From a virus (lineage: Duplodnaviria > Heunggongvirae > Uroviricota > Caudoviricetes), in the IMG/VR virus record IMGVR_UViG_2513237251_000004: 64,000 nucleotides of DNA; one strand, written 5' to 3'. The position numbers were made by a program, and so were the translations under genes. Below are positions 9,313 through 18,164 of the stretch, one piece after another. Within the stretch, counting starts at the first letter, position 1. Every line of letters begins with the position of its first letter. The notes under the pieces are model-generated. The model saw only the letters and a list, made by a program, of their open reading frames with translations, did not search any database and was not told where the DNA came from.

Positions 9313-9477
9313 ATAGACCTCCTGATGAACTTTGGTGGTGTGGTAGGTGGGAGACCCATTTCGACCTGTTTCGGCCTACTTCAATTCGGCAATAGTCCCG
9401 CAGGCCTCGCCGCTTTACGTGCGACATATTCCCGTCCATGAACCCTTCACCACACCCCAAAGTTCACTTTGGTTATT

Positions 9478-9492
9478 GCGCTTTGTCAGCGC
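9478..9492 (-). promoter_or_regulatory. Candidate nutL boxB hairpin
   Basis: Minus-strand RNA GCGCU-GACAA-AGCGC, 5-bp stem with pentaloop, about 165 nt upstream of N; nearly identical hairpin downstream of cro. Confidence 0.4.
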
Positions 9493-9567
9493 CGTAGATT
9501 CATATTCGAATCGTTGTATATTCACCGCCCTGGTGAGTAATGCGTCCTGCTGACGACGATAATAATG

Positions 9568-9601
9568 AACCAATAGTTCGACATTATCAAGAACTATTGG
9601 T
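9568..9601. promoter_or_regulatory. Perfect 11-bp inverted repeat (possible OL operator or pL-region element)
   Basis: ACCAATAGTTC-(11 nt)-GAACTATTGGT between the stk-operon terminator and nutL. Confidence 0.3.
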
Positions 9602-9772
9602 ACGAATTTTGGTGATTTATTAACTCTACGAAGTATGATTCTGATATATAAGGAAATTTATTTTTGAAAATGTGGCTGATGAAGGTTATGCGGCAGGGAT
9701 CATAACTGCATGGTTTAGCGAGTTACATCAATAAATACAATTGGTTATGTTTTTTAGGTGGGCGAACGTGAG

Positions 9773-9800
9773 GCAAAGAAAACCCGGCGCTGAGGCCGGG
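9773..9800 (-). terminator. Rho-independent terminator ending the cI-stk operon (tIMM-like)
   Basis: CCCGGCCTCAGCGCCGGG hairpin followed by TTTTCTTTG on minus strand, about 170 nt past the stk stop. Confidence 0.55.
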
Positions 9801-9967
9801 CTAGATTTTAAAGTATTTATCTTTTAGAGATGTAGATGTAAAACTTTTCGCCTTTGAAAATTTTTTGTCATCAGAAGGGCTTATGAACTCATCTTTTTTG
9901 TAGGGAACCGCTAATGCTGCATCACGTCTGCGAGGCAGCTTGCTTACTTCCTCGCGCTTTTTCATGA

Positions 9968-11014
9968 TCAGTTATCCTTTAATAACCTATACAGTTTTGT
10001 AGGGGTACATCCTGAGGATATTGTTAAGTTCGTAGCACGCCTTTTCCGCCCATCATCGTATAAACGAAAACCAGTAGTAGACGAATTTTCTGCGTCAAAA
10101 ACTATAGACAGTATAGCGTCCCCAGACTTTTTTTGCCATTCGCATGTGCCGTTAGTTGGTTTCGTCATCTGTAGACGCCAGTCAAGAACGCCATCACTTA
10201 TAGCTGAGAGATCGTTTAGTACATCTAGTACGGATTGATATCTTTCATTTGGATCTACATGAATGCATTTGTTCACTATTGTTATTAATTTTTTATGTAT
10301 ATGGGGAGGATACTCTTTTAATGGATAGCAGCCATTAATTATCGACTCTCTGAGTTGTTCAATCGTGCTAAATGCAGATCTTTCTCTTTCAAAATTATCA
10401 TGTCCAACACACATTCTATATATGGTTAATCCTGCCTGATATATGTCATATGTGAAATTATAATCATTTGTTGATAAAGAAAAATATTCCGGTGGCACAT
10501 GAAAATGATATCCAAACTCAGGCGCAGCTCTCGATTCCTCATTGACTAACTGAGATAATCCAAAGTCAGATAGCATGGCCTCATTTCTGTTTGATATCAT
10601 AATGTTATTAGGTTTTATATCAAAATGCATAAGACCTTTTGAGTGTATATGATAAAGTCCACTTAAAAATTGAATGGAATACCGTATTATCTCCCTGCTT
10701 GTAAGATTATTTTTTTTCATTAATTGGTTTAGCGAACCATTATGATAAAATGGCATGGCTATATAGATATTGCTCTCACATTGAGCAGCATACTGAACTT
10801 GCACAATATTTGGATGTGCATGTTTATAGAGAAGCCTTGCTTCATTAAAGTAGTCGTCGTGGTTAGTGTTTTCTTTTTTTTCTATTTCTTTAATCACCAA
10901 GTCATGAGCTAGGTGTCTGTCATGAGCCAGATATACTTTTGAAAAACAACCCTGTTCTTCTAGATCACTAATCCATTCGAATTCTACATCAGCTCTTTTG
11001 TATGGAGTTAGCAT
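9968..11014 (-). CDS. stk: Eukaryotic-like Ser/Thr protein kinase Stk (phage exclusion)
   Basis: 348 aa with Hanks kinase motifs (VIKEI lysine, HFDIKPNN catalytic loop, SDFG); same position as 933W stk between N and cI. Confidence 0.85.
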   Translation of the reverse strand: MLTPYKRADVEFEWISDLEEQGCFSKVYLAHDRHLAHDLVIKEIEKKENTNHDDYFNEARLLYKHAHPNIVQVQYAAQCESNIYIAMPFYHNGSLNQLMKKNNLTSREIIRYSIQFLSGLYHIHSKGLMHFDIKPNNIMISNRNEAMLSDFGLSQLVNEESRAAPEFGYHFHVPPEYFSLSTNDYNFTYDIYQAGLTIYRMCVGHDNFERERSAFSTIEQLRESIINGCYPLKEYPPHIHKKLITIVNKCIHVDPNERYQSVLDVLNDLSAISDGVLDWRLQMTKPTNGTCEWQKKSGDAILSIVFDAENSSTTGFRLYDDGRKRRATNLTISSGCTPTKLYRLLKDN

Positions 11015-11469
11015 CCCCTTACCTCCGCAGATAGTGCAGCCAAAACAGCTTCATTTGTTTCAGTTGTAAAACCAGAATTATCGATTCCATTTATATTGCG
11101 GTGTGACTTCAATATTTCTTTATACTCGATCTCTGTTAGGTTCAATGATGATTTCATGCCAGATTTTCTAATAGTGTAATATTTTCTTACATCACTGCTT
11201 GAAAATGCTTCTTGAATAACAGCTTCTATATAAAGGCGGTCAATGCTAAGATTATCAGAGTTTGATTCAGTAACGCGTATGGCAGCTAATTCAACATTAT
11301 ATAAATTAAGAATGTCGAGGATGTTATTTCTCACATACTTTAATTTTTCTGGTGTGTCTAAGGTCGAAGGTATTTTAATAACATCAACACATTTGAGTGC
11401 AGACTCATTAGTGCAATATACAACAAAAGATGTAACTTTGGGCGCCGCTCTAACACCTAGTATTCTCAT
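11008..11469 (-). CDS. Hypothetical 153-aa protein translationally coupled to stk
   Basis: Stop overlaps stk start by 7 nt; AT-rich; N-terminus MRILGV... loosely reminiscent of RNase-H-fold starts but without a catalytic Asp; function unknown. Confidence 0.5.
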   Translation of the reverse strand: MRILGVRAAPKVTSFVVYCTNESALKCVDVIKIPSTLDTPEKLKYVRNNILDILNLYNVELAAIRVTESNSDNLSIDRLYIEAVIQEAFSSSDVRKYYTIRKSGMKSSLNLTEIEYKEILKSHRNINGIDNSGFTTETNEAVLAALSAEVRGC

Positions 11470-11520
11470 TTTTTATATCCTATTTTAGAATCAGGCCGCA
11501 TCTCTGCGACCATCCATCAT

Positions 11521-11535
11521 CCAAACGTCTCTTCA
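11521..11535. repeat. 15-bp direct repeat copy 1 (CCAAACGTCTCTTCA) immediately 3' of orf113
   Basis: Exact 15-mer repeated at 11892-11906. Confidence 0.7.
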
Positions 11536-11536
11536 C

Positions 11537-11878
11537 TCATCCGAAGAAGCAGCAATCCGGGTTAGCACGCACAAGCTCAAGCGCATCAGTCAGCGAAAGT
11601 TCAGTACTGTACTGATGCCATTTCATATCCTTCCGCATCCAATAGATTTTCCATCTATCCAGAGAACGTATGTACTTGATTCTTGCTGATGGCAGGATGT
11701 TTGTTTCACCTGGATTGCCCTGCCACACGGGGCGCTGTTCGCCGATATCTATCGTTTGGTCATTGATGCTATAAACAATATCCAGTTCATTGCGGATATG
11801 TTCAGGCGGCCTTATGCTTTCAATGAATTGGTGAACTTCTTTTTTTACTGCTTGATATTCAAGGTCATTGAACGCCAT
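11537..11878 (-). CDS. Hypothetical 113-aa protein between cI and orf153
   Basis: ORF with AAGGAGGA RBS; bracketed by the 15-bp direct repeats. Confidence 0.5.
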   Translation of the reverse strand: MAFNDLEYQAVKKEVHQFIESIRPPEHIRNELDIVYSINDQTIDIGEQRPVWQGNPGETNILPSARIKYIRSLDRWKIYWMRKDMKWHQYSTELSLTDALELVRANPDCCFFG

Positions 11879-11891
11879 CTATCCTCCTTAC

Positions 11892-11906
11892 CCAAACGTC
11901 TCTTCA
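11892..11906. repeat. 15-bp direct repeat copy 2 (CCAAACGTCTCTTCA) between cI stop and orf113 RBS
   Basis: Exact match to 11521-11535. Confidence 0.7.
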
Positions 11907-11938
11907 GGCCACTGGTTACCAGCTATGTGACGATGAAG

Positions 11939-12646
11939 TCACGAACTTTTCAGCCACTCCCTTGCCTCGATGTCATCCAGATGGCGAGATTGCTTCAGAA
12001 TACCAGCTACATACTCCACCTTTGCTACTTGATGATAAGGCAACGTTATAGGCCTGTGATCCTGGTTAATGCTTGTAAATTGGTATTCTCCATCTCTGTC
12101 ATAGCCAAGAACCTTAATCATGTTGTGTCCTTCAACGGTTCTGACAAACACCTCATCACCCGGGAATACTTTGGTGTTAGGCTCAATGAGTACATATTCT
12201 CCTGATTTTATTCTGGGCCACATGCTGTCTCCTTTCACACGAAGACCAAAGGCATCTGGATCATCGCTATAAATTTTGAGCCACCCATCGCGCTCTTCGG
12301 TCATCTCGATGGCACCATCAACACCAAGAATTGCCTCACCAACCACGCGCACTAACCCTTTTTTTAATTTGCCAACAAATGAAAGAGTATCTTCATCATT
12401 CGCTCCATTTAACGAAGTGCCGTGCTGAAGCCAAACAACATCAACGTTTAGAAATTTCGCAAGCGCATTCATTTTTTCCTGACGCGGTAAAGACTCAGCA
12501 TTAAACCATTTGCTAACGCCTTTGGACGAAAGAGAAAGGGCACGGGCTATAGCCATTCCCCTACCATGTTCATCAAGACCAGCTTCTTTACAGGCTTGCG
12601 CTAGCCGCTGGGCGAATTCTTTGCGCACTTTTTCATTCTGAACCAT
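11939..12646 (-). CDS. cI: CI repressor (HTH plus LexA-like S24 autopeptidase)
   Basis: 235 aa; N-terminal HTH region, C-terminal ...GDSMWP... Ser-protease region; divergent from cro. Confidence 0.8.
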   Translation of the reverse strand: MVQNEKVRKEFAQRLAQACKEAGLDEHGRGMAIARALSLSSKGVSKWFNAESLPRQEKMNALAKFLNVDVVWLQHGTSLNGANDEDTLSFVGKLKKGLVRVVGEAILGVDGAIEMTEERDGWLKIYSDDPDAFGLRVKGDSMWPRIKSGEYVLIEPNTKVFPGDEVFVRTVEGHNMIKVLGYDRDGEYQFTSINQDHRPITLPYHQVAKVEYVAGILKQSRHLDDIEAREWLKSS

Positions 12647-12724
12647 GAGTACGATACTAAAGCACTTGCAAAAACTTTCAGTTCAACCATAATACGTACT
12701 GAAAGTACGAAAAAGGATATTCCT
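12647..12724. promoter_or_regulatory. OR/pRM/pR divergent control region
   Basis: 78-bp cI-cro intergenic region containing palindrome CGTACT-GAA-AGTACG (12695-12709) and related ACTTTCAGT element. Confidence 0.5.
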
Positions 12725-12952
12725 ATGCAAAATCTTGATGAGCCGATTAAAGGTGTCGGCATCCCTGAAGTTGCGAAGGCTTGTGGAGTTAGCGAAAGGG
12801 CTGTCTATAAGTGGCTCAAAAACGGCTTCCTCCCTAAGACTGAGTTTTTTGGGAAAACTAAATACGCATCAAAAATCGAAGAGATTTCTGGTGGCAAATA
12901 TCAAGCAAGCGAAATGCTTGAAATAAGCAAAAAGAACCTTCTGGCTGCATAA
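12725..12952 (+). CDS. cro: Cro repressor
   Basis: 75 aa, HTH GIPEVAKACGVSERAVYKWLKNG; divergent from cI. Confidence 0.8.
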   Translation: MQNLDEPIKGVGIPEVAKACGVSERAVYKWLKNGFLPKTEFFGKTKYASKIEEISGGKYQASEMLEISKKNLLAA

Positions 12953-12959
12953 GTAACAC

Positions 12960-13005
12960 CGCTATTTTCACAATGGACATTCGTCCTACGTCGCTGACAA
13001 AGCGA
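12960..13005 (+). promoter_or_regulatory. Candidate nutR (boxA-like CGCTATTTTCA plus boxB hairpin UCGCU-GACAA-AGCGA)
   Basis: boxB at 12991-13005 shares CGCTGACAAAGCG with the hairpin upstream of N. Confidence 0.45.
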
Positions 13006-13090
13006 GTCCCAATATATCTGACCAACTAAGGCCATATGCGTTTCCACGCATACCTTTCAACTAACTATTCACTATTGGAAATCTTAAGAA

Positions 13091-13390
13091 ATGGAACAAA
13101 CAAGTTACAGCAAACTATCCCAGCGTGACGTTGATCGCGCAGAAACTGATTTACTCATCAACCTGTCAACGCTTACCCAGCGTGGTCTGGCAAAGATGAT
13201 TGGCTGTCATGAATCGAAGATAAGCAGAACGGACTGGAGGTTTATTGCTTCGGTCTTGTGTGCTTTCGGAATGGCATCAGACATCAGTCCGATTAGCAGG
13301 GCTTTTAAGTATGCGCTTGATGGACTCACCAATAAAAAACGCCCGGTGTGCAAGACCGAGCGTTCTGATCAAATACAAATGGAATTTTAA
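13091..13390 (+). CDS. cII: CII transcriptional activator
   Basis: C-terminus TNKKRPVCKTERSDQIQMEF closely parallels lambda CII. Confidence 0.75.
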   Translation: MEQTSYSKLSQRDVDRAETDLLINLSTLTQRGLAKMIGCHESKISRTDWRFIASVLCAFGMASDISPISRAFKYALDGLTNKKRPVCKTERSDQIQMEF

Positions 13391-13412
13391 CAACATCCAA
13401 CGAGGTAATTAT

Positions 13413-13556
13413 ATGCGAAAAACGCAGGAAAATAAACGCGTTAATCACCGAAAAGATGTGCTACGTGACCAGTTTTATCAGGGGGTTAATCCAGCAATAG
13501 CTGTGCCACTGAGAGAAATACTTAACAGGTACAAAACTTCGGAGAAGTCAAAATGA
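13413..13556 (+). CDS. Small basic hypothetical protein (47 aa)
   Basis: Internal ATG with GAGG RBS; longer track ORF overlaps cII in another frame. Confidence 0.3.
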   Translation: MRKTQENKRVNHRKDVLRDQFYQGVNPAIAVPLREILNRYKTSEKSK

Positions 13557-14329
13557 GCATGAATCTTATGGCTAAGGCCATGAATATAAAGGTTGGCAAC
13601 CCACTGAGAAAACTGGTTCTGATTAAACTTGCCGATAACGCCAATGATAATGGCGAATGCTGGCCTTCATATCAACATGTCGCTGACCAGTGTGAGGTGA
13701 GCAGATCGACAGTAAAAAGTCACATTAGGGCACTGGAAGAGATGGGGCTTTTGAAAAGGGAATTCAGAAGAAAAGGAGAGCTTAACCAGTCAAACGTTTT
13801 TTATCTGACGCTGGATAATGCACAACAAATCCAACCAGAATCAGGTGGGGCAGGAGCTGCCCGGGGTGGGGCAGGAGCTGCCCTAGGGGGTGGGGCAGGA
13901 GCTGCCCCCAGAACCTATCACTCTTTTGAACCAGTCAATGAACCTAAAAACATTATGTTCGAACATGTCCGAACAGAGTGTGAAAAAACTCCTGACCGTC
14001 ACGAAGAAACCGACAAGGCATTCGAGGAAATATTCTGGTGTGCAGGCATGCGGAAAGCCGGGAAGAAAAACGCAGCTTCAGCATTCAGAACACAGTTCAG
14101 GGAATGGCGTAAAACTACCAGGGGGACGGCAAGCGAGTTTGCCACGATGCTGGCAGAAGACATTGCGTGCAGGCTCGGTAAGCAGTTCGGGTTCGACAGG
14201 TTGTTACCATCGAGCTACCTGAACGGTCAACGCTGGAACGACGAGAAGCCAGAAACTATTCAACCACAATCCAAACCATCATCCGCAATCACCGTATCGA
14301 AAACTGGCTACGTGTTTTTCGACAGGTGA
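13553..14329 (+). CDS. Replication initiator, O-like (HTH N-domain with iterons inside the gene)
   Basis: N-terminal wHTH-like region; iteron array in mid-gene encodes GGAGAARGGAGAALGGGAGAA. Confidence 0.65.
   Translation: MSMNLMAKAMNIKVGNPLRKLVLIKLADNANDNGECWPSYQHVADQCEVSRSTVKSHIRALEEMGLLKREFRRKGELNQSNVFYLTLDNAQQIQPESGGAGAARGGAGAALGGGAGAAPRTYHSFEPVNEPKNIMFEHVRTECEKTPDRHEETDKAFEEIFWCAGMRKAGKKNAASAFRTQFREWRKTTRGTASEFATMLAEDIACRLGKQFGFDRLLPSSYLNGQRWNDEKPETIQPQSKPSSAITVSKTGYVFFDR
13844..13906. repeat. Origin iterons: three copies of GTGGGGCAGGAGCTGCC followed by an AT-rich stretch
   Basis: Copies begin at about 13845, 13866 and 13890. Confidence 0.6.
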
Positions 14330-14439
14330 ACCATGAAATCCAGAATCAAATCGTTACTTATCGCTGGCTATAACCATGGCTGGCTTAGTTCTGCATTCGT
14401 TGAGTTCTGGTTTAACCGTCTCGATCTGAGGTCAGCGTA

Positions 14440-17346
14440 ATGACTCCAAGTGAACTGAGCGACCTGCTTTGGGCGCAGGTTGACAGGGTGGCTCCGCACC
14501 TGTTGCCAAACGGCAAGAAAGAGGGGCATGAGTGGGTTGCCGGTAACGTCAACGGTGACAAGGGAAACAGCCTTAAGGTCAACATTAGCGGCAAGAAAAA
14601 ATGGGCTGATTTCGCTGAGGGAGACGGCGGTGACATGCTTGATTTGTGGATGGCATGTCGTGGAATTAACCTGCATCAGGCTATGCAGGAAGCGAAAGCA
14701 TTTCTCGGTATCAAGGATGACGATCACCATTTCGATGCCAAACGTGAGAAAAAATTCTCCAGACCTGACCGCAAGAAAATCGCCCGCTACGTTACCAGAA
14801 CAGAATCCCATCTTGAGTACCTGCAATCGCGTGGCATATCGCCAGAAATCGTAAAGCGCTACGAGGTTGTCAGCGGCAAGGTGTGGAATGGAGAGCGGGA
14901 ACTGGATGCTCTGGTGCTTCCGTACAAACGCGATGGTGAGTTGTTGCAGGTCAAGCGAATCAGCACTGAGCGCCCGGACGGGAAGAAAGTCATTATGGCA
15001 GAAGGTGATTGCGAACCTTGTCTGTTCGGATGGCAGGCTCTGGACGCTGGCGTGAGGGCGGTTGTACTTTGCGAAGGCGAAATTGATTGTATGAGCTATG
15101 CGCAATACGGCATCTCGGCGTTATCCGTGCCGTTTGGTGGCGGGAAAGGCGCTAAGCAGCAGTGGATTGAGTTTGAGTATCACAACCTCGACAGGTTTGA
15201 GGAAATATTCATCTCGATGGACGTTGATGATGTTGGTCGTGAAGCCGCAAGGGAAATCGCAAGCCGACTCGGTGAACATCGTTGCCGTCTTGTTACTCTG
15301 CCGTACAAAGACATCAACGAATGCCTGATGAACGGTGTTACCGAGGATGAAATCTGGCAGTACATCGGCACGGCATCCTATTTCGATCCTGAAGAACTCT
15401 ACAGTGCGCGAGAGTTTTACCAGGACACTATCAACGCTTTCTACGGCAAGAAGCAGTATCTGTTTAATCCACCGTGGGAATCTCTGGCAGATAAATTCCA
15501 GTTCCGTGAGGCCGAGTTGACGCTGGTCAATGGTGTGAACGGTCACGGAAAGGCATGCCCACTGAATGAGCCTATTCTTTTAGCTGATGGGACATGGACT
15601 ACTCACGGGGATGTAAAAATTGGCGATCAGGTGGCGTCAGTAGACGGCAATCCGTCAACTGTCACTGGGATATTCCCGCAGGGTGTTAGAGATGTTTACC
15701 GAGTCACATTTGAAGATGGTCGTTATGTTGATTGCGCAGGCGATCACCTATGGGAGGTCACTAGTCGTGGATTCACGAAAGGCGAGAAACGCCGCGTGAT
15801 TGACACCTTCGAGCTGAAGCGGTTGAGTGAAACGAAGAGGCACAAAAATGGCGTTAGGATTCCTGAAATAACTGGTGACTTTGGCGACCACTCAGAGCCA
15901 TTAGCATGGGTTATCGGCTCCCTTCTCGGGGATGGTAGTCTTAGCAATGGGAGCGTGAAGTTTTCAAACGTCGAGCCATACATGATCGAGCGTATGAAGG
16001 CTGAACTGCCTGATTACAACTTCTCTGGAGATGGTAAGGACTGGCTGATATCAACGGCGCGTGGTCAGGCAAATCCACTCATGGAGACCCTGCGAGGTTA
16101 TGGACTAATGGGGTGCACAGCAAAAAACAAATTCATCCCTCGTGTGTTTTTTTCCGCAAATAAATCAACGCGTATAGGCATGCTGTGTGGTCTGCTTGAA
16201 ACGGATGGGTATGTCGAGAAGGATGGAACGCTTGTTTTTTCCTCAGCAAGTGAAGAACTGCGCAATGGGGTTGTTCAACTGGTTAACTCACTCGGCGGGT
16301 CATGCCGGACGCGAGTTAAAACTGGCGTGACATACACATACAAGGACGATAAGCGGCATGGGATGGATTCATACGAGGCAAGAATCAGACTGACAAGAGA
16401 AATCAGGGAGGCCATCCGTTCACCACGACTCAATGGCAGATTAACTGCGCATCGATTCGAGGGCTGTGGGGTATTCGTCAGGAATGTTGAAAAAATCGGC
16501 AATGCAGAATGCTTGTGTATTATGGTCGATCACCCTCGCCACCTGTATGTAACCAGGGGATATGTGGCGACGCATAACACCGAGGTTGTCGGGCATATGG
16601 CACTTGAGGCAATGCGTCAGGGTGTGAAGACGTGCATCGCGTCACTTGAGCTGAAGCCTGGTATTCTCCTTAAGCGCCTTACCCGTCAGGCGACGTGCTG
16701 CAAGATGCCGCCAGTGCTGGAAATTGACTCTGCATTTAAATTTTATGACGAAAGACTTTGGGTGTTTGGCCTGACCGGAACGGCGAAAGCCGACAGGCTG
16801 ATCGAAATATTCGACTACGCTCGCCGCCGATACGGTATCCAGTTATTCATCATCGACAGCCTGATGAAATGTGGCATAGGCGACGATGACTATAACGGGC
16901 AGAAGGCGTTTGTTGACTCGATTTGCGACTTCAAAAACAAAACAAACTCCCACGTCATTCTCGTTACTCACTCGCGAAAAGGAGACAGCGAAGAAAAACC
17001 AACCGGGAAAATGGACGTAAAAGGCTCTGGAGCGATAACAGACCTGACAGACAACCTTTTCATCATCTGGCGTAACAAGGCTCGCGAGAGAGCGTTACAG
17101 AGAGTTCAGAGTGGTGAAAAGATGTCAGAGAAGGACGAACAGCTACTGGCATCTCCGGCATCTGTTTTGATGCTTGAAAAACAACGTAACGGCGAAGGTT
17201 GGGAAGGTGGTGTCCCGTTGTTCCTTGACGAGCAATCGCACCAGTTCCTGCAACTTGAATCAGGATCGCCATATAGCTACATCGCCAATATGCCGAAATC
17301 GGAATATGACGAGGCGTGGCGACAGGAAAACGTGACGGAGTATTAA
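14440..17346 (+). CDS. Primase-helicase (TOPRIM plus DnaB/SF4-type helicase) interrupted by an intein
   Basis: TOPRIM-like VVLCEGEIDCMSY ... ISMDVDDVG; helicase motifs LFIIDSL, VTHSRK, LEKQRNG; Walker A GVNGHGK split by the intein. Confidence 0.75.
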   Translation: MTPSELSDLLWAQVDRVAPHLLPNGKKEGHEWVAGNVNGDKGNSLKVNISGKKKWADFAEGDGGDMLDLWMACRGINLHQAMQEAKAFLGIKDDDHHFDAKREKKFSRPDRKKIARYVTRTESHLEYLQSRGISPEIVKRYEVVSGKVWNGERELDALVLPYKRDGELLQVKRISTERPDGKKVIMAEGDCEPCLFGWQALDAGVRAVVLCEGEIDCMSYAQYGISALSVPFGGGKGAKQQWIEFEYHNLDRFEEIFISMDVDDVGREAAREIASRLGEHRCRLVTLPYKDINECLMNGVTEDEIWQYIGTASYFDPEELYSAREFYQDTINAFYGKKQYLFNPPWESLADKFQFREAELTLVNGVNGHGKACPLNEPILLADGTWTTHGDVKIGDQVASVDGNPSTVTGIFPQGVRDVYRVTFEDGRYVDCAGDHLWEVTSRGFTKGEKRRVIDTFELKRLSETKRHKNGVRIPEITGDFGDHSEPLAWVIGSLLGDGSLSNGSVKFSNVEPYMIERMKAELPDYNFSGDGKDWLISTARGQANPLMETLRGYGLMGCTAKNKFIPRVFFSANKSTRIGMLCGLLETDGYVEKDGTLVFSSASEELRNGVVQLVNSLGGSCRTRVKTGVTYTYKDDKRHGMDSYEARIRLTREIREAIRSPRLNGRLTAHRFEGCGVFVRNVEKIGNAECLCIMVDHPRHLYVTRGYVATHNTEVVGHMALEAMRQGVKTCIASLELKPGILLKRLTRQATCCKMPPVLEIDSAFKFYDERLWVFGLTGTAKADRLIEIFDYARRRYGIQLFIIDSLMKCGIGDDDYNGQKAFVDSICDFKNKTNSHVILVTHSRKGDSEEKPTGKMDVKGSGAITDLTDNLFIIWRNKARERALQRVQSGEKMSEKDEQLLASPASVLMLEKQRNGEGWEGGVPLFLDEQSHQFLQLESGSPYSYIANMPKSEYDEAWRQENVTEY
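15556..16578 (+). other. LAGLIDADG-type intein (about 341 aa) within the helicase P-loop; N-terminal boundary uncertain by one codon
   Basis: Starts (A)CPLNEPILLADG..., two LAGLIDADG blocks (VIGSLLGDGSL, MLCGLLETDGYV), ends ...LYVTRGYVATHN followed by Thr. Confidence 0.6.
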
Positions 17347-17616
17347 ATGAATAAAAAACAATTAGCCATTCTCGAAAAGGCATGGGATGCACAAATATCA
17401 TACGCTTTGAAAGAACAGGCACTACCAATAATCCAGACCAAATCGAAAATAGCCAGGCAGTTATGCGATGGCGGATTCCTGAACGAAGTTGAGATTACGC
17501 GCCAGATGGTAACGTTCAAAGGGTATGAGATAAATCATCATGGTATAGCAGCGTATTGTTCCCATCTTCCTGATGACGTTGACATTGATGAAATGGAAGG
17601 GGAGATGAAGCAATGA
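17347..17616 (+). CDS. Hypothetical protein
   Basis: ORF immediately after helicase stop. Confidence 0.4.
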   Translation: MNKKQLAILEKAWDAQISYALKEQALPIIQTKSKIARQLCDGGFLNEVEITRQMVTFKGYEINHHGIAAYCSHLPDDVDIDEMEGEMKQ

Positions 17617-17701
17617 CCATCTACATCACTGAGCTTGTAACAGGCCTGCTGGTAATCGCAGGCCTTTTTATTTGGGGGAGAGGGATTGGAGGCTTTAAGA
17701 A

Positions 17702-17917
17702 ATGAGTACGATAGCTGAGCTTGTCAGGGCTAATTTTCGTGAAGAGTTGGTGCGTTGGTATCGGTATCGTTCATCGTCCAGTTTGCCGCTTGATGAGTTG
17801 TATGAGCATTCACCTGCCGCACGACGCTATCCGCGTGACCGTGTTCTTCGACGGTTGTTCAAACTCAACAATGAGTTTCAGCGCAACAGAATTATCCGGA
17901 GTCTGGATTTAAAGTGA
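17702..17917 (+). CDS. Hypothetical protein
   Basis: ORF in nin-region operon. Confidence 0.35.
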   Translation: MSTIAELVRANFREELVRWYRYRSSSSLPLDELYEHSPAARRYPRDRVLRRLFKLNNEFQRNRIIRSLDLK

Positions 17918-17927
17918 AGGAGTGAGC

Positions 17928-18164
17928 ATGAGCGACCTATCATTAACCCAGCCAAAGCTAAAAGAATGTCCGTTTTGCGGCGGTAATGCTCGTCTGTGGG
18001 TTGAGGCCGGAATAAATATTGATGTGTGGGGCTATGCAGAATGTGACCTCTGTGAAGCCAGGGGGGCATGGGCACCATCAGTTGCTGCGGCGGCTGAAAA
18101 ATGGAACCGGAGAGCAGGAGATGAAGCAAACCTTTCTGCTTCGCAACGAAGCAATCAGAAATAA
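17928..18164 (+). CDS. Lar/RalR-family restriction-alleviation-like protein
   Basis: KECPFCGG...C..C...EKWNRR pattern as in Rac RalR/Lar; ATG at 17928 has AAGGAG-type RBS. Confidence 0.5.
   Translation: MSDLSLTQPKLKECPFCGGNARLWVEAGINIDVWGYAECDLCEARGAWAPSVAAAAEKWNRRAGDEANLSASQRSNQK

Noticed and set aside
9313-9477. A boxA element for nutL
   Set aside because: No convincing CGCTCTT-like sequence found next to the boxB hairpin on the leftward transcript
12647-12724. Assigning individual OR1/OR2/OR3 operators
   Set aside because: Palindromic elements are visible but I cannot match them to a known consensus or to the inverted repeat on the OL side, so only the region is annotated
14368-15546. 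Minus-strand ORFs 14368-15105 and 15121-15546 overlapping the primase-helicase
   Set aside because: Fully antisense to a well-supported 968-aa gene with recognisable motifs; no RBS
17922-17927. GTG start at 17922 for the Lar-like gene (as in ORF track)
   Set aside because: RBS spacing fits the ATG at 17928 much better
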